Below are positions 52,261 through 61,154 of a DNA stretch of 64,000 bases, piece after piece (position 1 is the stretch's first letter; the number at the start of each line of letters is the position of its first letter). A model generated the notes under the pieces. The model ran no database searches. It saw only the letters and a list, made by a program, of their open reading frames with translations, and was not told the origin of the DNA. Location of the stretch: contig NZ_CAJLKP010000027.1 in assembly GCF_905207245.1 (NCBI RefSeq), forward strand, positions 171 through 64,170, in the 5' to 3' direction. The DNA comes from an uncultured Bacteroides sp. (GTDB taxonomy: Bacteria > Bacteroidota > Bacteroidia > Bacteroidales > Bacteroidaceae). The translations under genes were made by a program, and so were the position numbers.

Positions 52261-53707
52261 TATATGGAAATCATTGGATTGGGTGACGATTTGCGTTTAT
52301 CTGATTCTTATCGTATTTGGATGGTTCAGTGTCTGCGGGGCAAGTTATGACTATGGCGACCGCGACTTTTGGGATTTCTCAACCCGTGCGGGTAAGCAGT
52401 TGGTGTGGATTATCTGTTCTTTCGGTTTAGGGTTTGTATTGCTGATGTTGGATGATGATATCTATGATATGTTTGCCTACCTGATTTATATAGCGCTTGC
52501 CATATTGCTTGTAGTTACCATATTTATAGCTCCTGATACCAAGGGCTCCCGGTCGTGGCTGGTGATGGGACCTGTCAGTTTGCAGCCGGCAGAGTTTGCC
52601 AAGTTTGCCACGGCATTAGCACTTGCCAAGTATATGAATTCCTATTCGTTCACCATGAAGAACTGGAAGAACATACTGATGATGGTTTCTCTTATCCTAC
52701 TCCCGATGGTGCTGATTATCCTGCAACGAGAAACGGGTTCTGCACTGGTATACACTGCATTTTTTCTGGTATTGTACCGGGAAGGGATGCCGGGTGTGGT
52801 GTTATTCTCCGGCTTGTGTGCGGTTGTCTATTTTGTGGTAGGCATCCGTTTCGATCAGGTATTTATTGCCGATACACCGACACCGATAGGGGAGTTCGCA
52901 GTGCTGTCTATGGTACTTTTGTCTGCTGCAGGTATGGTATGGGTGTATAAAAAAAAGTGGGAACCTGTACGCAATATACTATTGGTTACGGTGGGGGTGT
53001 TACTGATAGCTTATATTATCTCAGAACATGTGGTTCCGTTCAATCTGGTTTGGGTACAGTGGGGATTATGCATTCTGGTGGTAGGGTATCTTATTTTTCT
53101 TTCTTTGAGTGAGCGACATCTCAGCTATTTCCTGATAGGCTTGTTTGCTATCGGTTCTATCGGTTTTCTGTATTCAAGTGATTATTTCTTTAATAAAGTA
53201 CTGGAACCGCATCAACAGATTCGTATCAAGGTAGTATTGGGTATGGAGGAAGATTTGACTGGTGCAGGATACAATGTGAATCAGTCTAAAATTGCTATCG
53301 GTTCGGGAGGATTGACCGGGAAGGGATTCCTGAATGGTACGCAGACCAAACTGAAATATGTGCCCGAACAGGATACGGATTTTATTTTCTGCACGGTAGG
53401 CGAGGAGGAAGGATTTATCGGTTCTACTGCCGTATTGCTTCTATTCCTTATATTGATACTTCGCCTGATAGCTGTGGCGGAACGGCAACCGTCTGTTTTC
53501 GGCAGGGTGTATGGCTATTCGGTGCTCAGTATATTCTTGTTCCACCTATTTATAAATATAGGTATGGTACTGGGATTGACGCCTGTGATTGGTATCCCTC
53601 TACCATTCTTTAGTTATGGCGGCTCCTCTCTCTGGGGCTTCACTATCCTGTTGTTCATCTTCTTGCGAATTGATGCAGGACGTAAAAAAAGACTTTCAGC
53701 GTTTTAA
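52241..53707 (+). CDS. rodA: rod-shape-determining protein RodA (SEDS family)
   Basis: 488 aa polytopic protein. QPAEFAKF, DTDFIFCTVGEEEGFIG, PLPFFSYGGSS. Confidence 0.9.
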   Translation: MVTRRDSIWKSLDWVTICVYLILIVFGWFSVCGASYDYGDRDFWDFSTRAGKQLVWIICSFGLGFVLLMLDDDIYDMFAYLIYIALAILLVVTIFIAPDTKGSRSWLVMGPVSLQPAEFAKFATALALAKYMNSYSFTMKNWKNILMMVSLILLPMVLIILQRETGSALVYTAFFLVLYREGMPGVVLFSGLCAVVYFVVGIRFDQVFIADTPTPIGEFAVLSMVLLSAAGMVWVYKKKWEPVRNILLVTVGVLLIAYIISEHVVPFNLVWVQWGLCILVVGYLIFLSLSERHLSYFLIGLFAIGSIGFLYSSDYFFNKVLEPHQQIRIKVVLGMEEDLTGAGYNVNQSKIAIGSGGLTGKGFLNGTQTKLKYVPEQDTDFIFCTVGEEEGFIGSTAVLLLFLILILRLIAVAERQPSVFGRVYGYSVLSIFLFHLFINIGMVLGLTPVIGIPLPFFSYGGSSLWGFTILLFIFLRIDAGRKKRLSAF

Positions 53708-54181
53708 TTTAATTCCTATGTCATTGATGCCGGGAAGTACTTCGTCCGGTAGCAGGTGTGTGATTTTAAAGCGGTATTCTCCGACTTTTCCAATGCGAAT
53801 AAGTCCTGCGGAGAGTGTCGATTGATATAATCCGCCCCAACCGTCACCCAGCCAGATGCCTGCACTGTCGGCAAGTTTCAGTTCTAATGTATCCCTTTTG
53901 ATGTTCTGGGCTTCCGGGCTGTCGTAATAAATAAGAAGAGGCAGGTTCTGATAAGGATAATTGTTTCGGTTTCTGACTTCTACGGATACGTTGTAGAGCG
54001 TAGCGGAGTCCGGAACCATCACATTGAAGAATAGTGTATCTTTCCTCTGCCACCCTTCCGTTGGCAGAGATTGAAAGGTATGATATACCGTCTGTTCGTC
54101 GCAAGCCATGCAGAGGCTTGCGGCAAACAGTAGTATCAAACTCTTTTGGAGAAACGTCTTATGCTTGAGCTGGCTTTTCAT
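53696..54181 (-). CDS. GldH-like lipoprotein
   Basis: Start moved to MKSQLKHKTFLQKSLILLFAASLCMAC (lipobox). About 160 aa. The sequence (VYHTFQSLPTEGWQRKDTLFF...RNRNNYPYQNLPLLI) and its position after a PSP1 gene match my memory of the GldH family. Confidence 0.55.
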   Translation of the reverse strand: MKSQLKHKTFLQKSLILLFAASLCMACDEQTVYHTFQSLPTEGWQRKDTLFFNVMVPDSATLYNVSVEVRNRNNYPYQNLPLLIYYDSPEAQNIKRDTLELKLADSAGIWLGDGWGGLYQSTLSAGLIRIGKVGEYRFKITHLLPDEVLPGINDIGIKLKR

Positions 54182-55589
54182 TTCCGGCTGGTTTCTCTCC
54201 TTGTTGTCTGGGTGAATTATTGGGTCTGGCGCCTTTGTCGTTGCGCTGACCGTTCTCGCGTTGCCCGTCGCCCCGTTCACGATTATTCCTTGGCGGCTTG
54301 TTACGTCTGGGCTGTTCTCCTTGCTGCCGGTCTCTTTGCGGCTTGGCTTGGTCACTTTGCTGTCTAGGCTGTTCGTTCTGAGGTCTGGCACCATTTGGGG
54401 ATCTAAAGTCTCCTTGCGGACGTTGTCTGGGTTGTTGTTCCGCAGGTTGGTTAGGGTTTCCTTTTTTCTTTTTCTTGCGGTTATTATTGCCGTTTCCGCC
54501 ACCGTTATTCTCTCCGCCGTTCTTTGCCTTGCGGCTACGATCGAACCGAGTGAGACTTTCTTGTTCCAGCAAGTCTACCGGCTTTTTAGATTCTACACGG
54601 CGTGTTTCTTCTATGAGACTGTCAGGTTTAGTACCCCTCTTGTTCATGCCGATGATTTCGAACGCACGTTTACCGCTGATAGTTACCAGATTGGCAGGAA
54701 TATTTTTGTCGGTAGAGTATGTTATCTGGTTACTCAGAATATCCGCTTTAAAGAAATAGAATGTACCGTCTTTAGTTTCCAGTTCGATTTCTCTGGAAGG
54801 GAGGCGCTTCTGCGCTTCTACATAGCAGTCTACTTCGTAGTTGAGACAACATTTCAGTTTGGCGCATTGTCCTGCCAACTTTTGAGGATTGAGGGAAATA
54901 TCCTGATAACGTGCCGCACTTGTAGATACCGACACGAAGGAAGTCATCCAGGTTGCGCAACAAAGTTCACGTCCACAGGGACCGATGCCTCCGATGCGTC
55001 CGGCTTCCTGGCGCGCACCGATTTGTTTCATCTCAATGCGTACATGGAAAGCGTCAGCCAGTACTTTAATGAGCTGACGGAAGTCCACACGTTCATCGGC
55101 AATGTAATAGAAGATTGCTTTATTGCCGTCTCCCTGATATTCCACATCACCGATTTTCATATTGAGGTTTAGGTTGAGGGCAATTTGGCGGGCACGTATC
55201 ATCGTGCTGTGCTCGCGGTCTTTCGCCTCGTTATACTTGTCCATATCTACCTGTTTTGCCTTGCGGTAGATACGTTTGATGTCAGCTTCGGATTTGATAT
55301 TTGCTTTCCTCATTTGTAACGGAACGAGCCGTCCGGTCAAGGTTACTACGCCGATATCATGTCCCGGTGTTGCTTCTACGGCTACGATGTCTCCCTTTTC
55401 AAGAGGTATACGGTTGCTGTTGCGGAAGTACCCTTTGCGGGTATTCTTGAACTGTACCTCCACCATGTCGCTCTCTTCTCCGTTTCCGGGGATGTCAGCC
55501 AACCAGTCGTAGGTGTTCAGTTGCTTGTCCTGTCTGCAACAACTTTTGCAACAGAGACCTCCACTTCCGTTATGTAGTTTAAAATCCAT
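54159..55589 (-). CDS. PSP1-domain protein (RicT/YaaT-like) with a long basic disordered tail
   Basis: PSP1 core (VEYQGDGNKAIFYYIADERVDFRQLIKVLADAFHVRIEMKQIGARQEAG...GPCGRELCC...KLKCCLNYE). The C-terminal roughly 130 aa are rich in R/Q/N/P/G/K. Confidence 0.85.
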   Translation of the reverse strand: MDFKLHNGSGGLCCKSCCRQDKQLNTYDWLADIPGNGEESDMVEVQFKNTRKGYFRNSNRIPLEKGDIVAVEATPGHDIGVVTLTGRLVPLQMRKANIKSEADIKRIYRKAKQVDMDKYNEAKDREHSTMIRARQIALNLNLNMKIGDVEYQGDGNKAIFYYIADERVDFRQLIKVLADAFHVRIEMKQIGARQEAGRIGGIGPCGRELCCATWMTSFVSVSTSAARYQDISLNPQKLAGQCAKLKCCLNYEVDCYVEAQKRLPSREIELETKDGTFYFFKADILSNQITYSTDKNIPANLVTISGKRAFEIIGMNKRGTKPDSLIEETRRVESKKPVDLLEQESLTRFDRSRKAKNGGENNGGGNGNNNRKKKKKGNPNQPAEQQPRQRPQGDFRSPNGARPQNEQPRQQSDQAKPQRDRQQGEQPRRNKPPRNNRERGDGQRENGQRNDKGARPNNSPRQQGEKPAGNEKPAQA

Positions 55590-55633
55590 CTTTTTATTTA
55601 TGATTTAGCTATTTACAATTATATATCTGGTTT

Positions 55634-56752
55634 CTACTGTTTAAGTAGAACAATCATTTTTAATGAAAAATCAAAGAATACCATCCGGGCATTTACGTTC
55701 TGCTCGATGTGTATCTGTGCTTCACTCAGTTCGTCCATCATCCCCATCACGTTCCGTTCGTTGATGAAAGGAGCGAAGCGGGTGGCAAAGTTCTGCTCAG
55801 GCAAGGTCATGTAGTTCATCTCCTTGTTGTGCAGATTGTAGATGAAATTCTCACGAATCATACGTTGGGCATATGCCAGGAAATTCTTCTGCCGTTCGCG
55901 TCCTATGCCTGCGAGTTGTTCGCTCCACTGCTTCATTTCCCGTATCTTTCGTTGATAGGAGAGACGCATGAGGCTGACGAATAGTTCAAAGAACAATTCA
56001 TTTTCCTCATTCAGATGGATGGTTTCCAACGCTTTAATGAAGTCACCATTGGCAAGATGTGCCAAGGTGAAGCTATCGTTGGGACGTACACCGTATTTCT
56101 GTTGCAAAGCATTGGCAATGTCTGTTTCTTCTATCTTGCGGATATTGAAACGTTGCGTACGGCTTAGGATGGTTGGTAAAATCATGTCCGGAGTCTCGGA
56201 TACCAATAGAAATACTGTCTTTTCAGGTGGCTCTTCCAGAAGTTTCAGCAATTTGTTGGCACAGACTACGTGCATCTTTTCCGGTAACCATACGATAGTG
56301 ACTTTGTATCCGCCTTCGCTTGACTTCAAACTGAGTTTTCGTACAATTTCATCACTTTCCTTTGCGTAGATGATGGCTTGCCCATTTTCGGCATCCATCT
56401 CATTGAGCCAGTGGTTGAGGCTGAAATAGGGGCTGTTTAATATCAAGTGCCGCCAGTCGGCTATATAGTCATCACAAACTTCCTTTTTCCCTTTCTTTAC
56501 GATGGGGAAGACAAAGTGCACATCAGGATGTACCAGTTTGTTCCATTTTACACAAGAAGGACAAGTTCCGCAAGCATCTGTTTTGGTACGATTCGGGCAA
56601 CAAATGTAACGGGCATAGGCCATTGCCAACGGAAGTTTTCCTACCCCCGATGGACCGCAAAATAGTTGTGCATGAGGGATGCGTCCTTCTTGCACTTCTT
56701 GTCTTAATCGCTCTTTAGCGGCTTCCTGTCCTATTACATCTTTGAAAAACAC
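55634..56752 (-). CDS. holB: DNA polymerase III subunit delta-prime
   Basis: HAQLFCGPSGVGKLPLAMAYARYICC, zinc-module cysteines CGTCPSC, SRTQRF sensor motif. Confidence 0.85.
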   Translation of the reverse strand: MFFKDVIGQEAAKERLRQEVQEGRIPHAQLFCGPSGVGKLPLAMAYARYICCPNRTKTDACGTCPSCVKWNKLVHPDVHFVFPIVKKGKKEVCDDYIADWRHLILNSPYFSLNHWLNEMDAENGQAIIYAKESDEIVRKLSLKSSEGGYKVTIVWLPEKMHVVCANKLLKLLEEPPEKTVFLLVSETPDMILPTILSRTQRFNIRKIEETDIANALQQKYGVRPNDSFTLAHLANGDFIKALETIHLNEENELFFELFVSLMRLSYQRKIREMKQWSEQLAGIGRERQKNFLAYAQRMIRENFIYNLHNKEMNYMTLPEQNFATRFAPFINERNVMGMMDELSEAQIHIEQNVNARMVFFDFSLKMIVLLKQ

Positions 56753-56803
56753 GATATTATCTACGATTTACATTGTTCTTAACTTCCAACTCTCAACTTC
56801 TTT

Positions 56804-57757
56804 TTAGTAGACCAGTTTTGCAACTTCTTTTATACTATCTACGGCACCAATGGAATAGAAGTGAATGCTTGGCACACCATACCCTACTAATTCTTTGCAT
56901 TGTTGCACACACCATTCGATACCTACTTGCTTGGCCTCTTCATCTGTTTTGCACTTCATAGCTTCACGTGCCAGCTCTTCGGGCAGGTCTACCTTAAAGG
57001 TCTTGGGTATCATGCTGATTTGAGATATTTTCTTGAATGGTTTGATGCCGGGAATAATAGGGATGGTAACACCTGCTTTCTGTGCGCGTTTCACGAAGTC
57101 GAAATATTTTCGGTTATCATAGAAAAGCTGTGTGACGGCATACTCTGCGCCTGCTTCCATCTTCTTTTTTAACCAATAAATGTCAGTATCTATATTGGGC
57201 GCTTCTTCATGTTTCTCTGGATAGCACGCCACACCATAGGAAAACGGTGTATTCGTCACCTTCATTTCCGAACCATCTACGAAGATGCCTTTATTGAAAT
57301 TGTTGATTTGTTCCTGTAATTCGATGGCGTGGTGATAACCGTCGCCTTCGGGAGTAAATACCGATTCATGCTTTGCCTTGTCTCCACGTAAAACAAGTAA
57401 GTCCGTGATGCCGAGAAATTGTAAGTCAAGCAGCACATATTCCGTTTCTTCACGGGTGAAACCACTGCAAAGAAGATGAGGGACTACGGTGATGTTGTAT
57501 TTATTTTGGATAGCACCGGCTACGGCAACAGTTCCCGGACGGCGGCGTAAGCGATTGCGTTGAAACAAGCCATTACCCAGGTCTTTGTATACATATTCGC
57601 TGCGATGCGTGGTAATATTGATGTATTTAGGGTCAAATTCCCGTAAAGTATCTATGGTTTCGTACAGCTTTTCGATGCCTGTGCCTTTCAGCGGTGGCAG
57701 TATTTCAAAAGAGAAAGCTGTCTTCTCATTGCTGTGTATCAGGTCGATAATTTTCAT
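56804..57757 (-). CDS. metF: methylenetetrahydrofolate reductase
   Basis: 317 aa. FSFEILPP N-terminus and the TIM-barrel MTHFR pattern (ITDLLVLRGD, AGAEYAVTQLFYD). Confidence 0.9.
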   Translation of the reverse strand: MKIIDLIHSNEKTAFSFEILPPLKGTGIEKLYETIDTLREFDPKYINITTHRSEYVYKDLGNGLFQRNRLRRRPGTVAVAGAIQNKYNITVVPHLLCSGFTREETEYVLLDLQFLGITDLLVLRGDKAKHESVFTPEGDGYHHAIELQEQINNFNKGIFVDGSEMKVTNTPFSYGVACYPEKHEEAPNIDTDIYWLKKKMEAGAEYAVTQLFYDNRKYFDFVKRAQKAGVTIPIIPGIKPFKKISQISMIPKTFKVDLPEELAREAMKCKTDEEAKQVGIEWCVQQCKELVGYGVPSIHFYSIGAVDSIKEVAKLVY

Positions 57758-57785
57758 TTCTTTTTCGTTGTCTTTGTTCGGTGAA

Positions 57786-57793
57786 CAAAACTA
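57786..57793 (-). promoter_or_regulatory. -7 promoter box TAGTTTTG for metF
   Basis: The minus strand reads TAGTTTTG. It lies about 30 nt upstream of the ATG at 57757. Confidence 0.4.
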
Positions 57794-57850
57794 TTTGTAC
57801 ATTGGGAACAAAAATACGAAAAAGAAATGAGATATGCTTTTTTTATCCGG

Positions 57851-59749
57851 CTATTCTTTTATACAGCGTATCGAAAGGGCTTTATAATAACTAGCTTTCG
57901 AAACGAGAGTATTGCCTGAATCACATAAGTTACTACTTCCGGTAAAGAAAGCTGTTTGCTCTGGTATACTACTACTACCATCTTCATAGTCTAATGTCCA
58001 GTAACCTACTAATTTGTTTTTAAGCAGATGCTGTCCATCACCCCACATGCCTGCCGGATATACGGCAAACCCGGTCAGATTGGAAGCCGGGCAAACAGGT
58101 TTACCTTCTGTTGACGCTTCCCAAGCTCCGGTTTTTATTAAAGAGGCATCATTCCCTATATAAGCTTTTAAGGAATTCCAATCATTCGTATTGGGAATTT
58201 TCCATCCTGCTGGTGCTAAATTGTTTTTAAGTACAGCCTCACCATTATAGAAATAAGTTTCATAATCTTTGGGCTTGAAGTAACTCGCCCCTTTTCCCAA
58301 ATTTGTTTGTTTGCTTAAAGTAGTACCATCCCTATATGCCGTTGCATGTAAATCTTCTCCCATCCAGTATTGTGTACCAACTTTTACAATCGAATACTCG
58401 CTGGTATTTCCATTACGTATATCTCTGATGGTATGACTGACAATATCTATGCTGATGGGGTTTTCCGGTTCTTCTAATAAAATAGTACCTTCTGCATTGA
58501 GATAGAACTTATTAATGAATGGGGAACTACCTTCTGTGTAGCTGAAACTATTTTTATCCATATCCCACTTTATTATTCCACCATTTATGGCTTCCTTTTC
58601 GTCTTGTAGTTGCAGAACGGTGCCGTGACTCAGATCACTTAGTTCATCTTCTTTAACCGGATATACAATGATAGCTTTAGAAGTGATTTTGTCAGATTTC
58701 AGATACTCTTTGCAAACTTCTGCTATAGGCTTTCCCCCATGATAAACCCTATATACATTTGATTGGGAAAAAGATAATGCTGCGAGACGAATGGTGGTGA
58801 TGCTTCCTTGATTATCAGTATCTTTATTTTCCCCATTCACCCAGTCGTCAACTTTACTGGCTATTCCGGTAAGGGTGTGACTTGTAGCCTGCATAGCTGT
58901 AATATTTATTTGGCATTGCGTACTTCCTTGCATGGTTAGCTCCGGCATCGGACAGGTGTACACTTTTCCATTCCATTCCATTGTGAACGATTGTATATCA
59001 GGGGATATCTTTTGTGGTATGATAATAAATTCCTTTCCTGTTAAGTTACCACTCATTATATTCCATTCACCATGAGGGATGATATCTGTTTCTTCGGTGA
59101 GATTTATAAAAGTATCTGTCTTTGTATCATATTCTGCTTTGGTATTGAAGCCTGTTGCTATAATTCTGGGTTTGGCATTATACATTTTTGTAACGTCTTC
59201 TCCGGCACCGGGCGTGATTATGATTTTTATCTTGGTAAATTTATGCTTGTACTGTAGCTCTACTGCGTCTTCACTACTTGCTATATCTTCTTCTGATGCT
59301 ATTAAAAAGTCAGACAGGACACGATTACTGTCCTTGCTCTGATCGGTTTGGATGGATACGGGAATGGTAGATTTGCCTATGGGAATTCCCGTTTTCTGAT
59401 AAGGATAATAGCTGATAAAGTCAAGTGTTGCGTCTCCTGCGGGATAGAACACTGTTTTTTCGGGAGTAAATACCTCGTTTTCCCCACATTCCAACCATAT
59501 ATTGTCTATATAGCGTTTTTCTGTGATTGAAGTGGAAGGGAGCATAGCATATAGTCCTACTTTATCTCCTTTTTCGAATGCTGTGTCTGTAACACGAGTG
59601 TTGTTGTTATTGACTTTTGTGGAAAACTTGATCGGAATAGTTCCGGAAGAATCCTCCGATTCAATTTCGTTGACACAAGCTGTTAACAGCGGAATAGTAC
59701 ATAGCGATAGGAGCATCAAACTCTTGTTTTTGATGTTTTTTCTATTCAT
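57851..59749 (-). CDS. fimbrillin-like lipoprotein with C-terminal FISUMP (Fibrobacter major paralogous) domain
   Basis: Start moved to MNRKNIKNKSLMLLSLCTIPLLTAC. N-terminal fimbrillin-like segment (IKFSTKV...FEKGDKVGLYA). C-terminal VKVGTQYWMGEDL...APAGWKIPNTNDW...GYWT. Confidence 0.68.
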   Translation of the reverse strand: MNRKNIKNKSLMLLSLCTIPLLTACVNEIESEDSSGTIPIKFSTKVNNNNTRVTDTAFEKGDKVGLYAMLPSTSITEKRYIDNIWLECGENEVFTPEKTVFYPAGDATLDFISYYPYQKTGIPIGKSTIPVSIQTDQSKDSNRVLSDFLIASEEDIASSEDAVELQYKHKFTKIKIIITPGAGEDVTKMYNAKPRIIATGFNTKAEYDTKTDTFINLTEETDIIPHGEWNIMSGNLTGKEFIIIPQKISPDIQSFTMEWNGKVYTCPMPELTMQGSTQCQINITAMQATSHTLTGIASKVDDWVNGENKDTDNQGSITTIRLAALSFSQSNVYRVYHGGKPIAEVCKEYLKSDKITSKAIIVYPVKEDELSDLSHGTVLQLQDEKEAINGGIIKWDMDKNSFSYTEGSSPFINKFYLNAEGTILLEEPENPISIDIVSHTIRDIRNGNTSEYSIVKVGTQYWMGEDLHATAYRDGTTLSKQTNLGKGASYFKPKDYETYFYNGEAVLKNNLAPAGWKIPNTNDWNSLKAYIGNDASLIKTGAWEASTEGKPVCPASNLTGFAVYPAGMWGDGQHLLKNKLVGYWTLDYEDGSSSIPEQTAFFTGSSNLCDSGNTLVSKASYYKALSIRCIKE

Positions 59750-60112
59750 TGTTGTTTGGTTATTGAAATGCATATATGCATTCCGGATTAATACTTAATT
59801 TTACTAAGCAATCAATGCATCAGAATATTCGGGGGGATTGAGTAGGACCATAACTGGTATGGAAAAGTCTGTCGGCTTTAAGATGCTAATTATTTGAAGT
59901 CACGCTTGAATTCAGGTTCTATTCTATCTTTATGTTCGTCAACGTTAATTAACGTTAGTGGACGTCAAAGGTAAAATTTTATTTTAATGTAATGAAAGAA
60001 ATATCTCTTTTATGTTCATAATTTTACTTATTATGCTTTGTATGAAGGTGATAAATAAACAGGTTTTACCCTACATTTTCTTTCTTTCGCGGGAGATTTC
60101 AAAATTATCACG

Positions 60113-60120
60113 TACCTTTG
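60113..60120 (+). promoter_or_regulatory. -7 promoter box TACCTTTG
   Basis: TAnnTTTG match 29 nt upstream of the metA ATG at 60150. Confidence 0.5.
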
Positions 60121-60149
60121 TAGTCGAATTAAAGATAATCTGAGGACTT

Positions 60150-61067
60150 ATGCCATTAAATTTACCTGATAAGCTGCCGGCGATAGAGTTGCTGAAAGAA
60201 GAGAATATATTTGTCATTGACAACTCGCGCGCCACGCAACAGGACATCCGTCCGTTGCGCATCGTTATCCTGAACTTGATGCCTTTGAAGATTACCACGG
60301 AGACAGACCTTGTGCGTTTGCTCTCCAATACACCGCTTCAGGTGGAAATCTCGTTCATGAAAATCAAGAGTCATACATCGAAGAATACGCCTGTTGAACA
60401 TATGCAGACGTTCTATACTGACTTTGAGAAGATGCGTGGCGAGAAGTACGACGGTATGATTATCACCGGTGCCCCGGTAGAGCAACTGGATTTTGAAGAA
60501 GTGACTTACTGGGATGAGATTATGGAAATCTTTGATTGGGCGCGTACGCACGTCACATCTACCCTTTATATATGCTGGGCGGCACAGGCCGGACTCTATC
60601 ATCATTATGGAGTGCCTAAGTATGCCTTGGATAAGAAGATGTTCGGCATTTTCGAACATCGTCCGTTGCAGCCGCTGCATGCCATTTTCCGCGGCTTCGA
60701 TGATGTGTTCTATGTTCCACATAGCCGCCATACGGAAGTGCGGAAAGAAGATATCCTGAAAGTGCCGGAACTAACTTTGCTCTCTGAATCGGAAGAGGCA
60801 GGCGTGCATCTTGTTGTGGCACGTGGTGGGCGTGAGTTCTTTGTGACCGGGCATTCGGAGTACTCTCCGTTGACACTGGATACAGAATACCGCAGAGATT
60901 TAGGCAAAGGACTGCCTATTGAAGTGCCTCGTAATTATTATGTGGATAATGATTTGGACAAAGGTGTGATGGTACGTTGGCGTGCCCATGCCAATTTACT
61001 GTTTTCCAATTGGCTGAACTACTTCGTATATCAGGAAACTCCGTATAATATCAACGATATAAAGTAG
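60150..61067 (+). CDS. metA: homoserine O-acyltransferase (MetA family)
   Basis: [23 protein letters not shown]-terminus, [14 protein letters not shown] (active-site Cys region). Confidence 0.9.
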   Translation: MPLNLPDKLPAIELLKEENIFVIDNSRATQQDIRPLRIVILNLMPLKITTETDLVRLLSNTPLQVEISFMKIKSHTSKNTPVEHMQTFYTDFEKMRGEKYDGMIITGAPVEQLDFEEVTYWDEIMEIFDWARTHVTSTLYICWAAQAGLYHHYGVPKYALDKKMFGIFEHRPLQPLHAIFRGFDDVFYVPHSRHTEVRKEDILKVPELTLLSESEEAGVHLVVARGGREFFVTGHSEYSPLTLDTEYRRDLGKGLPIEVPRNYYVDNDLDKGVMVRWRAHANLLFSNWLNYFVYQETPYNINDIK

Positions 61068-61147
61068 TTACAAGCTACGAGCTACGAGTGACAAGACTTT
61101 GCGGTCATAGCATAGCACTCGTAGCTCGTAGCCTGTAACTTGTAACT
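61067..61147 (+). repeat. palindromic element F (GCTACGA heptad arms)
   Basis: 24-bp stem between 61067-61090 and 61116-61139 (1 A:C mismatch). Words are GTTACAA GCTACGA GCTACGA GTGACAA, with an extra TTGTAAC word at the 3' end. The 25-nt core resembles the reverse complement of the element A core (ACTTTGCGG...CATAGC). Confidence 0.85.
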
Positions 61148-61154
61148 AAAAAAT

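Noticed and set aside
59774-60149. Invertible-promoter (phase-variation) switch upstream of the fimbrillin-like gene
   Set aside because: I found no pair of flanking inverted repeats and no ARACGTWCGT-type recombinase core. Only an internal palindrome is present. No site-specific recombinase gene is in the window.
59800-60149. SAM riboswitch upstream of metA (or of metF at 57758..57850)
   Set aside because: I could not find the conserved SAM-I or SAM-II helices or sequence blocks. The leader after the TACCTTTG box is only about 30 nt.
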